Below, piece after piece: positions 28,425 through 39,451 of a stretch of 64,000 nt of DNA. The first letter of the stretch is position 1; each line of letters starts with the position of its first letter. The stretch covers positions 2,232 to 66,231 of the forward strand of contig OY764630.1 of assembly GCA_963668285.1 (NCBI GenBank), in the 5' to 3' direction. This stretch comes from an uncultured Lewinella sp. (GTDB lineage: Bacteria > Bacteroidota > Bacteroidia > Chitinophagales > Saprospiraceae). Below the pieces are notes generated by a model. The model made no database searches. It was not told where the DNA came from and saw only the letters and a list, made by a program, of their open reading frames with translations. A program made the position numbers and the translations under genes.

Positions 28425-29642
28425 TTACTCAGGGTAGTCCATTTCCGTATCTACGCCTACGGATTCGTGCCATTCGAGACCGTGTTCGGCCAGCTTTTCC
28501 AGGAAGGGGTCGGGGTCGAATTGTTCGACGTTGAACACCCCCGGTCCGGTCCATTTACCCGATAGGAACATCATGGCGCCGGTCATAGCCGGAACGCCGG
28601 TGGTGTAGCTGACGCCCTGAGCACCGGTTTCTCGGTAGGCTTTTTCGTGGCTACAGTTATTCCAGATGTAGTAAGTCTTTGGTTGGCCGTCCTTGACCCC
28701 CTTGATCCGGCAACCGATAGAAGTTTGCCCGGTGTAGTTCTCACCGAGGCCACCGGGGTCGGGCAGCACGGTTTTCAGAAATTCCAGGGGGACGATCTCA
28801 ACGCCCTGGTGGGTGACCGGCTCGATACCCGCCATGCCGATGTTCTGGATCACGCGGAGGTGAGTCAGGTACTCATCACCGAAAGTCATCCAAAAACGTG
28901 CGCGTTTTATGGTCGGGAAGTTCTTTACCAGACTTTCCAGCTCCTCGTGGTACAGGACGTAGCTGGGTTTCGGGCCGATCTCCGGGTAGTTCAGGTCTTG
29001 TTTGACGCTGAAGGGGGGGATCTCTACCCAGTCTCCATCCTCCCAGTACTTTCCGTTCTGGGTAATCTCGCGGATGTTGATCTCCGGGTTGAAGTTTGTT
29101 GCGAAGGCCTTACCGTGGTCGCCGGCGTTCGCGTCCACGATGTCGAGGTAATGGATCTCGTCGAAGTGGTGTTTGGCGGCGTAAGCGGTAAAGACTTGCG
29201 TCACCCCCGGGTCGAAACCACAACCCAGAATTGCCGTGAGTCCGGCCTGCCGGAACCGCGTCTCGTAAGCCCACTGGTGGCCGTACTCGAACTTGGCTTC
29301 CTCCTTGGGCTCGTAGTTGGCCGTATCGAGGTAGCTAATGCCAGCCTTCAGGCAGGCGTCCATGATGGTGAGGTCCTGGTAAGGCAGGGCCAGGTGCATT
29401 ACCAGGTCGGGGCGGTAGTCTTCGAGCAGCGCGGTGAGTGCGGGGACGTCCTCGGCGTCAATCGTGGCGGTCGTGATTTTGTCGTAACCCAGATCGCGCT
29501 TGATGTCCGCGGCGATACGATCGCACTTACTAACCGTGCGGCTAGCAAGCATCAATTCTTCGAACACCTCGGGGTACTCGGCGCACTTATAGGCGGCGAC
29601 ACGGGCTACGCCGCCCGCTCCGATGATCATTACTCTACTCAT
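28425..29642 (-). CDS. Saccharopine dehydrogenase family / carboxy(nor)spermidine dehydrogenase
   Basis: IIGAGGV, ALPYQDLTIMDAC, YLDTANYEP, GCGFDPG, FATNFNPEINIRE, HEELESL, VSYTTGVP. Confidence 0.9.
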   Translation of the reverse strand: MSRVMIIGAGGVARVAAYKCAEYPEVFEELMLASRTVSKCDRIAADIKRDLGYDKITTATIDAEDVPALTALLEDYRPDLVMHLALPYQDLTIMDACLKAGISYLDTANYEPKEEAKFEYGHQWAYETRFRQAGLTAILGCGFDPGVTQVFTAYAAKHHFDEIHYLDIVDANAGDHGKAFATNFNPEINIREITQNGKYWEDGDWVEIPPFSVKQDLNYPEIGPKPSYVLYHEELESLVKNFPTIKRARFWMTFGDEYLTHLRVIQNIGMAGIEPVTHQGVEIVPLEFLKTVLPDPGGLGENYTGQTSIGCRIKGVKDGQPKTYYIWNNCSHEKAYRETGAQGVSYTTGVPAMTGAMMFLSGKWTGPGVFNVEQFDPDPFLEKLAEHGLEWHESVGVDTEMDYPE

Positions 29643-29663
29643 ACTCGTAGTTCGCTAGAGGTG

Positions 29664-30158
29664 TTAGGGCAGGTCGGGGTAGTCGATTTCGGAAGGCTTG
29701 GGTACCGGTGCCAGCATGGGCAGGTCGATCACCTTGGCTTCCTTGGGCCCTACGGTCATGAAGCGCATGAACCCTCCGTGAGATTCGGCAACGTGCTTTG
29801 CGAAGCTGCGGAAATCCTTGTAGTAGAGGTAGCCGAAGGGCAACGGCATTTTAGCGAGGATCGGATTGAGGGCACCGAGCCGCCTAGCTATTTCCGCCTG
29901 CCGTTCCTGCACCTCCACCGGCAGTTCGGTACCGAGCTCCTGGATGCGCTGCGTAAGATTCTCCTTGACCTTTTCGTAGTAGGCAATTATGTGACCTAGA
30001 TTATTGAAGCCACGGATGTCGGCCAACCGTTTTGCCTCGCTTATCTCGACCTCGTCCATGTCTCCGTCCGCACCGGCTACGAGGATGGTGATGAGGGGGA
30101 TAGCGTCATACATCGCCTGCGCTTCGGCGGGGTCGAGGGGCCTAAATTCTTTCAGCAT
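29664..30158 (-). CDS. Hypothetical protein, possibly TerB-like fold
   Basis: Helical protein with an ILVAGADGDMDEVE motif. Start ATG at 30158. Confidence 0.7.
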   Translation of the reverse strand: MLKEFRPLDPAEAQAMYDAIPLITILVAGADGDMDEVEISEAKRLADIRGFNNLGHIIAYYEKVKENLTQRIQELGTELPVEVQERQAEIARRLGALNPILAKMPLPFGYLYYKDFRSFAKHVAESHGGFMRFMTVGPKEAKVIDLPMLAPVPKPSEIDYPDLP

Positions 30159-30215
30159 ATTATCGCGAACTTTGCCGCAAATATAGCCGCCTTCGGCCCA
30201 GTAACTCCACCCAGC

Positions 30216-30662
30216 ATGCAACAAGTACTATTTTTCGTATTCGCCATCGTGGCCGGCGTCATGCTGCCCGTACAGGCCGGGCTCAACACGGAACTAGGCA
30301 GGGTGGTTAAAAGCCCGATATACGCCAGCCTGCTCTCCTTTCTGGTGGGTACGCTCGGGTTGCTGCTGTACTTAATAGTGACCCGCGCCGATTGGTCTAC
30401 CGTCAAAGCAACCGGTTCCATGCCCTGGTATTACTGGACGGGCGGGCTGATGGGCGCGGTTTACGTAGCAGCCATCATCGTCCTTACCCCGAGGCTGGGC
30501 GTAGCCCTCACCTTCGGCCTCACGGTTGCCGCGCAGATGGTCTTCGGTGTCGTCATGGACCACTACGGCTGGCTGGGCGTACCGGAGTACCCCATCAATT
30601 GGTCGCGGGTAATCGGGGTAGCGCTCGTGATCGCCGGCGTAGTACTCGTCAGGGTCAACTGA
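30216..30662 (+). CDS. DMT family transporter (YdcZ/DUF606-like)
   Basis: PVQAGLN, SFLVG, WYYWTGGLMGA, DHYGWLG; 5 TMs. Confidence 0.9.
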   Translation: MQQVLFFVFAIVAGVMLPVQAGLNTELGRVVKSPIYASLLSFLVGTLGLLLYLIVTRADWSTVKATGSMPWYYWTGGLMGAVYVAAIIVLTPRLGVALTFGLTVAAQMVFGVVMDHYGWLGVPEYPINWSRVIGVALVIAGVVLVRVN

Positions 30663-30785
30663 GCGGGTGTCGCGGCGGCCCCGGGGAGGGAAATAGCCGT
30701 AGCTTTGTGTAGAATTTACAATAAGCCCGCGTGACCTGGCTGGTTAGGCCTCGTCTGAGATGTATACCTACTCCATAAACCGCCC

Positions 30786-32315
30786 ATGACAACCAGATTA
30801 CTGAACCTATTCGACCTCAAGCAGGAAGTCAATTACCGTACGGAGCTGCTCAGTGGACTAACCGTAGCCCTGGCACTGGTACCGGAAGCCATTGCTTTCG
30901 CCATTATCGCGGGCCTCGACCCCCTCATCGGCCTCTACGCGGCTTTCGTGATGGGCCTGATGACCAGCGTGTTAGGCGGTCGCCCGGGGATGATCTCGGG
31001 CGCTACCGGCGCCGTCGCGGTAGTCATCGTCAGCCTGGCTGCGGCGCACGGCCCGGAGTACATCTTTGCCTGCGTGATCCTGGCCGGTTTGCTTCAGGTT
31101 GCGGCCGGCTTAGCGCGCCTCGGTAAACTCATGCGCCTGGTGCCCCAACCCGTCGTGTACGGCTTCGTGAACGGCCTGGCCATCGTGATCTTTATGGCGC
31201 AACTCGTTCAGTTTAAAGACCCTTCCGGTAACTGGCTGTCGGGTACCGAACTGTACACCATGCTCGCCCTGGTAGGTTTGGTCATGCTCGTCATGTGGGG
31301 GCTGCCCAAGATCACCAAAGCCGTCCCCAGCGGCCTCGCCGGCATTGTCGTCGTCGTGGCGGTGGTCTACTTATTCGGCCTGGATACCCGCACGGTCGGT
31401 GACATTGCCAGCATCGAAGGCGGGTTCCCCTGGCCCAGCATCCCGGAGCTTCCTTTCACGGTGGAAACGCTAAAGATCATCCTTCCCTACTCCCTCATCG
31501 TGGCGGGCGTCGGCCTGATCGAAAGCCTCCTGACGCTCAACCTGATCGATGAGATTACGGAAACACGGGGGCAAAGTAACCGGGAAGCGGTAGCGCAGGG
31601 CCTGGCCAACATCACTAGTGGCTTTACCGGCGGCATGGGTGGCTGCGCGATGATCGGCCAATCGATGATCAACATCAGCTCCGGCGCCCGCGCGCGACTC
31701 TCCGGCATCTTCGCCAGCCTAATGCTGCTGGCATTCGTACTCTTCGGGTCCTCCTACATCGAGCAGATTCCGATGGCAGCCCTCACCGGCATCATGATCA
31801 TGGTGTCGATCGGCACCTTCGAATGGGCCTCCTTGCGCACCTTCAACAAATACCCCGGGTGGGACATCGTCGTCATGATCCTGGTCACCGTACTCACGCT
31901 GGCCTTCGACCTGGCGCTGGCCGTACTCGCCGGCGTGATCGTCTCCGCACTGGTGTTCGCCTACCAAAACGGTAAACGCATCCGTGCCCGCAAACGCGTC
32001 GATGAAAATGGCGTGAAACACTACGAACTATACGGCCCCCTGTTCTTCGGCTCGGTACAGACGTTCAATACCAAATTCGACCCGGTCGGTGACCCCGACA
32101 GGATCGTCATCGACTTCATGGAATCCCGCGTCGTGGACATGTCCGCCATCGAAGCCCTCGACCGGATCACGGAACGGTACGCCAAGTACGGTAAGCAGGT
32201 CGAAATCCACAACGTTAGCCCCTCCTGCAGAAAGCTACTGAAGCGTGCCGACGAGATGATCGACGTACAAATCACCCAGGACGAATCCTATAAAAAGATG
32301 CAAGACTTCATCTAA
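30786..32315 (+). CDS. SulP family inorganic anion transporter with STAS domain
   Basis: [48 protein letters not shown]. Confidence 0.95.
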   Translation: MTTRLLNLFDLKQEVNYRTELLSGLTVALALVPEAIAFAIIAGLDPLIGLYAAFVMGLMTSVLGGRPGMISGATGAVAVVIVSLAAAHGPEYIFACVILAGLLQVAAGLARLGKLMRLVPQPVVYGFVNGLAIVIFMAQLVQFKDPSGNWLSGTELYTMLALVGLVMLVMWGLPKITKAVPSGLAGIVVVVAVVYLFGLDTRTVGDIASIEGGFPWPSIPELPFTVETLKIILPYSLIVAGVGLIESLLTLNLIDEITETRGQSNREAVAQGLANITSGFTGGMGGCAMIGQSMINISSGARARLSGIFASLMLLAFVLFGSSYIEQIPMAALTGIMIMVSIGTFEWASLRTFNKYPGWDIVVMILVTVLTLAFDLALAVLAGVIVSALVFAYQNGKRIRARKRVDENGVKHYELYGPLFFGSVQTFNTKFDPVGDPDRIVIDFMESRVVDMSAIEALDRITERYAKYGKQVEIHNVSPSCRKLLKRADEMIDVQITQDESYKKMQDFI

Positions 32316-35300
32316 CGGAGCAGGATCGCCTCACCGCGGCGTTCCAACGTCCGTCCATCCACGGTTCGAAAGGCAAATCGCCACACGACTACCTGCGGGG
32401 TCACCGCCCGCCCGTTCACCTGACCGCCCCAGCCCCAATCGCCCGCCAGTAAGTCATCGGTGGCCGTGGTGCGGTAGAGCTGACTTCCCCAACGGTCATA
32501 GACCTCGAAGGCAATCACCTCCGTGACTTGCCGGCCGGGGAAGGGCCGCAGCAGGTCGTTACGCCCGTCTCCGTTCGGGCTGAATGCGGTCGGTACGAAA
32601 AAGTCTATCCGCTCGTCGACCTCCACGAAAACGGCGTCGCGCGCTACGCAGCCGTCCTCACCTACCACGGTCAGCTCGTAGGAACCGGAGACATTAGGCC
32701 TGACGGTGAGGGTACCTCCGACCAGCAACGAGTCCGGATACGTGAAGCCATCGCGCCGCCAGTATACCTCCGCCGTACTATTAAAATTGGTGGTAAAAGA
32801 CAAGGTCAGTGAATCCCCCAAACGAACGATCGTATCGCCGCCCGCATCCAGGGTGTTGGGGTCCGACCGTCTTAGATCGAACGTCTCTACCAAAGAGCAG
32901 CCGTCGGCGCCCACTACCTCGATGTCGTAACTTCCCAGAGGTAGGCCATCGTACGTCAGGCGGTCAGTCAGCGCGCCGCCGTCGATGCCGTAACGGAACG
33001 GCCCCCGGCCACCCTCGACCCCCATGATGAACACCTCCCCCGTATTGACCTCGGGGCAGGACGGACCGACGGCCTCGTACGCAAGCCCTTCAATCGCCGT
33101 AGCGTCCAGCACCACCCGCAAGCTATCCACCGAAACGCACCCACTTCCGAGGTTGGTAAGCGTGAATAGGTAAGCTCCCGCTCGCTCCGCTTCGTAGGAG
33201 TAGGCTTCCGCCGCGGGAAATACTTCGCCCTGTGGGTCGGTCCAGGTAGCCCGGTAATCGCCGCCCCGGTCGCTACCCGTGCCGGACAGTAACACGGTAG
33301 TTCGTTCGCAGTTAAGCGGTTGTGGTGTTGCCAAACGGATATTCGGCGGGGTGCGGTCTACGGGCACGATCACGTCTGCGGTATCGCGGCAGCCATTGCG
33401 TTCGCGCAGCGCCGTAAGCGCCGCCCGGCCACCCTCGTCTACCCATACGGAGGTTCCCGTACCAAGTGCTCGGTCGTTCGAGTCGAGCCATACGTAATTT
33501 ACGCCTACCTCCGAGGCGGCCGCGCTCAGCAGTACACTATCTTCCAGGCAGGTCAGCGCATCGGGGGCTTGGATGGCGACCACGGGGGGCTTCAGGTCCG
33601 CGAATAAGGTGATCGAGTCTGTGGCCGTGCAGCCGTTACCCGTTTGCGCGACGGTGAGGCTGTAGCCCCCCGGTACTCCGGCGGAGAACTCACTTGAGTC
33701 ACCCAGGCGGAACGCCTCCCTTCGCCAGGTGTAGGTGAGCGGTCCCTCCCCACTGGACAACGTGGCGACGAGGCGCACCTCCGGGGTGTAACAATTCAAG
33801 ACGTTACCGTCGGGTCGGTCGATGGTCGCTACCGGCGGTAAGGTATCCGGCAGGACTTCCAGGATGTCGGCGCCCGAGCAACCGCTTCGGGGGTCCAGTA
33901 CGTTGAGCTGAAACGTTCCGGGCGTACTGATTTCGGGGGTCTCGATGCCGAGCAGTCCGGCTGCCTCACCCGCGGGGTCCGTCCAGGTGATGACGCCCCC
34001 ACCACTTACCGTGCTAATTACGCCCATTGCCCGCACCTGCGTTCTCGCACAAGTAATAAATAAGTCCGGCCCCGCATCGACCTCCGGCGCGGCGGCATCA
34101 CGGCTCAGGGTTACGCTATCCGTAGCCGAACACCGATTACGGGGGTTGAGTACCGTGAGGTAGTACTCGTCCGCCTGAAAGACCGTAGGCGTCAGCGTTG
34201 TAGCGTCGTCGATCAGAAAGCCGGTTCGGGAGCGCCACGAGAACTGTAGATCGGACGCGTCGTTGGCCATTACTTCGCCCATTAATTGCAGCGAATCCAG
34301 CGAACAACGGAAGGTATCGGCCGGCCCCGCTTCGACCTCGGGTTCGGTGAGGTTTGCCCCGACGTCGACCGTGAATTCATTTTCGCAGCCCGTTCGCGTA
34401 TTGGTCAACTGAAAACGGTAAGCGCCCGCCGCCGCAACGCTGATGGTAGCCGGGGCACTTTCGGGCAGTGGATCTTCGCTCCCCGCCAGCGTCCACATAA
34501 ACGCTACGTCGGCGTCGCTCGTATCGCCGCCGGTGAGCTCGATGGACCGGTAAAGGCAGTCGAGCGTGGTATCCGCAATGGGAACGATGCGCGGCAACTC
34601 GTTGTCGTTCAGTACCGAAACGGTATCCGTAGCGATACAGCCGTTGCGGCGGTCGGTAACTTCGATCTGGTAGCGCCCAGGGCAGCGCATGACGGGGTTG
34701 AGTGTTGTGTCGCCCTCGATGCAGGTGCCCGCCGCGCCGCCCGTCCACCGATAGCCATACTGCCGGCCGCGGGCGCTCGCCGTAGCATCCAGTACCCTTC
34801 GTTTATCCGCGCAGGTAAGCAAAAGACTTTCTCCGGCTTCCGCCAAGGGGGGGGACGGTATCGATCGTCACCTCCACCGCGTCGACTACGGTACAGCCGG
34901 TCTGCTCGTTGGTGACGCTGAGTGCGTAGCGCCCGGCCACCGTCGCTTCCAAAGCAGGTGTATCCGCCCCCTCGATCGTTGCGCCCGCCGCGTCGGACCA
35001 CGCATAAGTATAGGTGAAGCCAGGGTCCGGAACCAAACCGGAAAGGGTAACTGACGAACGGGTGCAGGTCAGGCTACGATCCGGCCCGGCGGTCGCGTTG
35101 GGCGGGGTGCGCCGGTCACGCACGTCGGCTTCGGCCGTGCTGCTTAGCCCGTATCGGTTGGTGGCCGTAAGGCTGTAAGCCCCCGGCCGCGTAACCACCA
35201 GCGATTCCGCTTGCGCATCCGCCAGCAGCTGTCCGTTACGACGCCAGCGGAAGGTACATTCGTCGCAGCCATCCCGAAAGGTCGGCCGGAGCCGGACGCT

Positions 35301-38300
35301 CCCCACCAGGCAGGTGACGACCGTATCGAGCAATTCCGGAAAGGGCGGGCAGGGGGCCTGGCCCACGTCGGCGACCACGGCGGCCGAGCAACCGTTATCG
35401 GCGCGGATGGCGCGGGCGACGTACTGCCCGGGGGCCGTAACGACGAGCGTATCGCCGCCGGAAGTGTCGCCCGTCTCCACGTCGGTCCATTGGTAACGCA
35501 GCGCAATACTGTCATCGCTACGTGCCCGGATGGTGTGGTCCAGCGCGTCACAGGGAATGAGCGTATCGTACACCTCCAGGGTCGGTAAGTCGGTATCGTC
35601 GATGATCGTAACAACATCTACCCGGTTACAACCCGTTTCTGTTTGGGTGACGCTAAGTAAATAAGTACCAGCTTGTTCTACTTCCTGCTTGATGTCGAAG
35701 CCAAGCGTATCGTCGTTCGTGTTCACCCATACGTAAGCGTACAGTTCGCCTTCGCTGCTACCAGCGCCGCTCAGGGTGACGGCGGGAACATCGCAGGAGA
35801 TGGTATCCCGCGGGCCGGCCTCCGCGGTCGGCGAGCGTTGGTTACGATTAACTTGCACGAAAGCCGTGTCGACCTCCCCGCCGATGTTATTCCGAATGGT
35901 GAAGCCGTAGCGCCCGGGCGAGTAGACGACCAGCTCGCGTGGCGTATCACCGGGCCTCGCCACCGCACCCTCCGGGGGGAGCCAGGCGATGGACGTCGAA
36001 GTATCCGGCAAAGAAAAGCCCGCGTCGAGCGTGACGGATTGGTTATTGCACGTGAGGCTATCGGGCGGTACGATGATCGAAAGGGCGGGGCAGTCGGCGA
36101 GCACCTCGATGAAGGCGGTGTCCGTACAACTCTCGTTAAAGTTGGTAAGCACCAGTTGGTAGTGGCCGGGCACGGTCACCACCGGTGCCTGCCCGAAAAG
36201 GCGTACCCGCACCCCATCGCGAAACCAGCGTACGAAGGCCGCATCCGAGCCCCGGCTGCGATCGAGGACGGCCTGCCCGGTATCGCAATCGAGGAATACG
36301 CTATCTTCCAAAACGGCTACCACCCCGGTCGAGGCCAAACCCACCGTCACCTCGCGCGTCGTGGCGCAACCGTTGCTCTCGTTGGTCAGGGTGTAGGCGT
36401 AATCACCCGGGCAGAATACCGCCTGCGGGCCGCCGCTATCCGGCTCGCTTACGCAGGGCCCGGCCCATTCGTGCAAGGCGGGGTAAGTGAATTCGAGGTT
36501 TACGGGCGATATCGGCACCGTATCGATAAAACAATCGAAGTCAACGGGTTGAGTCAATCGAACAACGGGCCGGTTTAAGTCGACGCTAACGCGAATCGTA
36601 TCGACGGCGGTACATCCGTTCCCCGCATCCGTGACCGTGCGTTCGTAGACGCTTCCCGGCGCTTCGACGTCGAGGGTCGGGCGGGTGGATAGGGCGGGGG
36701 CGGTCGTATTCAGGTCGCGCCACGCGTAGCGGAAGTCGGGCGCGTCGGCCGGCGGCGGCAGCCCCAGGGTAGCCGTCGAGTCGTAGCAATTTAAAGTAAC
36801 GTCCAACGGGCCGACCGGTATGGCGGGAACGGAGGTGTCGGCCGCCACCACGACGTTAGCGAAGGCACTGCAGCCATTCACCCGGTCGATGACGGTCAGG
36901 GTATACGTGTCGGCTTCGGTGACGCGAAGCTCGCGATCATCACTCAACGAGTCGGTGCCATTGGACCAGCGATAACGGACGGGGTTGGCGGCGGTGATCG
37001 CGCCGGGTTGGAGGGTTTGCCCGGGTTCAAGGCAGGAAATGGGCGAGGCCGCAGGTGCGAGGTTCAGTAGGACGGGAGCAACGTCTTGAACGACATCGTG
37101 CGTCGCCTCCTGAAAACAGCCATTCGTCAGGTTCGTAACGCGCAGGGTGTATTCGCCCGGGCAGTCCACCGCCAACCGCGGACCGGAAACGGGGGCGGGA
37201 AGGCACCCGCCGGACCAGGCGAAAGACAGCTCACCCGTTCGGGCTTGATTGGTATCCGCCGTCAAAGTTACCTCGGTAATCAGGCAGTTGAGCAGACTAT
37301 CCCCCTCGATAGATGCAAGCGGGGCTTCGCGGTCTACCCGGGTAACTACCGACGTATCCAGCGTACAACCCGTAGCGGAGTCGGTCACCCGGAGGTTGTA
37401 GGTTCCGCCCCGGGTGAGCACGACGAGGGCGCTATCGGCGGGCCCTTCTATCGGACTGTCGGAAGCCCAATCGTATTCGTATACGTTCCCGGCGGGAAGG
37501 ACCGTCGACCGGACCCTGAGCTCCGGGTAGCGACAATTGATCGTAGCACAGTTGCCGCTGCTATCGCAGTTTAGGGGAACCGGGTCGCTATCGCCATTCC
37601 CACCCGAATAGGTCAACTCGACCTCCGGAAGAAAACGCTCGTCGGTGATTATGACGGTATCCGTGACGGTGCAAGCGACACCGCGTGCCGCCGCGGTGAG
37701 TCGAAATACGTACCGCCCTGGCGTTCTCGCGACGTAATCGAGGGCGGCACGGAGTAGATTTCCCTCGCCGTCGTACCAACCGAAATCATCGGCGAAGGTC
37801 AGATCGCTTTCGCTCGCGTTGAGTAGTACGGTATCGCCCAGGCAGTCAAGCTGCGGGCGGAAGGGCCGGTACGCGACGGCGGGGTCGAGGACGAGCAGGT
37901 CCACGCTCACCGTCGAGTCACAACCGTTCGCGGCGGTGACCGTGCGTCGGTAGATCCCCGAAGTGGTCAGTATTGTGTCCCCGAGTTCGTAGAAGTCGGT
38001 TCCGCAAATGGTTACCTCCTCGCTAAAGACGATCGGATCGGCTACGGTAAGGTTCAGCGTAACGATGCTGTCGCAACCGTAGAAGGAAGTCAGCGTATCC
38101 CGGTAAGTTCCGGAGGCGGTCAGTAGTTCGTCACCCAAAGCGTAGGCTGCCTCGGCACAGATCGTCGTATCCGCGGTAACGAATAGCGTATCGACGACGT
38201 CGAGGGTCAGGTTGACGACGCTGTCGCACCCGAATGCCCCCGGCAGGTTGACGAGGTAGTTGCCCGACTCCGAAAAGATGTTGCTACCCACCTGGTATAA

Positions 38301-39293
38301 GCCCCCGCGGCACAGCTGCCTCGATACGTCGGTCGGGGCGGGAGGGGGGAGCAGGACGACGGTTTGACAGTCGGGGGTGAGGTCGGCACACGCCACCGGC
38401 GTACTGCCTTGCAGGTTACTGCTTAGTTGCGCGGAGGTGAGGCTCCCGTCGGTAGGGATGGCCGCGAGCTCACCGAGCCGGTAGGAGAGGCCGCAAATCT
38501 GGTAAGTACCGGCGGGGAAGCCGGCCAAGTTAGGCTCATCCTGCAGCCACTGGATACCCGATCCGTCGTCGATCGTGTAGGCGTAACCGTACTCGGTCGG
38601 GTCCGGGCGGGGTATTCGGTAGCGCGGAGGCAGGTTTACCGGTAGCGTCACGGGTTGTGCGCAGGCGATCAGGGGTTCCGCGGGGGGGAGGTCTCCGGCG
38701 TTGGCCGAGCAACAGGGGCCATCCTCGTGCAGGGGGTCGCAGAACTCCAGGAGCAGGAAGCTCAGACCGCCTTGTTCGTCCGCACGGTTATTTTCTACGA
38801 CGAGTTGCCAGTCTCCGTTCACCGGGCCGCGGGCCAGTTCTTCCAGGCAACCGCCGTTCGGCAGGTAGGCACCCCGGAAGGTTCCGAAAGCCGGCCAGTT
38901 GTAGTCCTCCGTATTGTCCCACCGCTCAGGGGCCCCCGGGTCGGGGGCGGCGGGGCCCGCGCACGACGGGAAGTCAACGAACCAACGGGCCAGGGTGCTG
39001 GGGGGGCGGGTTTGATCGGTGCCCGGTCCGATCAGGCGGAGGGAGTCCCCCGCGGGCGATACGAGCGTTATCGACAATCCGTAAACGTAGCTGTGGCTGA
39101 AGTAGGCGCTTACGTTACAGAGGCCCTGGCCCGGATCCGCCAGGTCGTCGTTCAGGTAGCCCTCGATCGGGATGGTCACCCGCGAGCTACCGAATGCGTC
39201 CAGGGCAATAGTATCCGTTACCCCACAGCGTTGCGCCAGGCAGCCGGTGCCGATAGCTAGACAGCAGAGGGTGAGTAGGATAATGCGTGCCAT
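32312..39293 (-). CDS. Giant Cys-rich surface protein (P-domain + Ig-like repeats + T9SS type B/CHU_C sorting domain), split by a +1 frameshift at 34847-34854
   Basis: Signal peptide; proprotein-convertase P-like domain (LSITLVSPAG...NGDWQL); CDS(I/V)VxLxL repeats; AGPD..LTC/GxYxLxVT..GC repeats; C-terminal FVPTAFSPNGDGRND...VYDRWG. Removing one C from a C8 run fuses the two track ORFs into about 2326 aa. Confidence 0.85.
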
Positions 39294-39451
39294 AGGAGAG
39301 ACCGGCGAGCGAACGTGTTTTCAGCAGATAAAGATAAAGCCTACCGGCTGTCCGCCGGCTTATTCGGTGGCGACCTGAACAATAGAGCCGGCGAGGCAGT
39401 ATGAACGACAGCGTTAGAGGCTATTGTCTTTCGCCTAACTACGAGTACCGA

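Noticed and set aside
28647-29999. 450-aa plus-strand ORF
   Set aside because: It is an antisense shadow of the dehydrogenase and hypothetical genes, has no motifs, and is expected from GC-rich codon bias.
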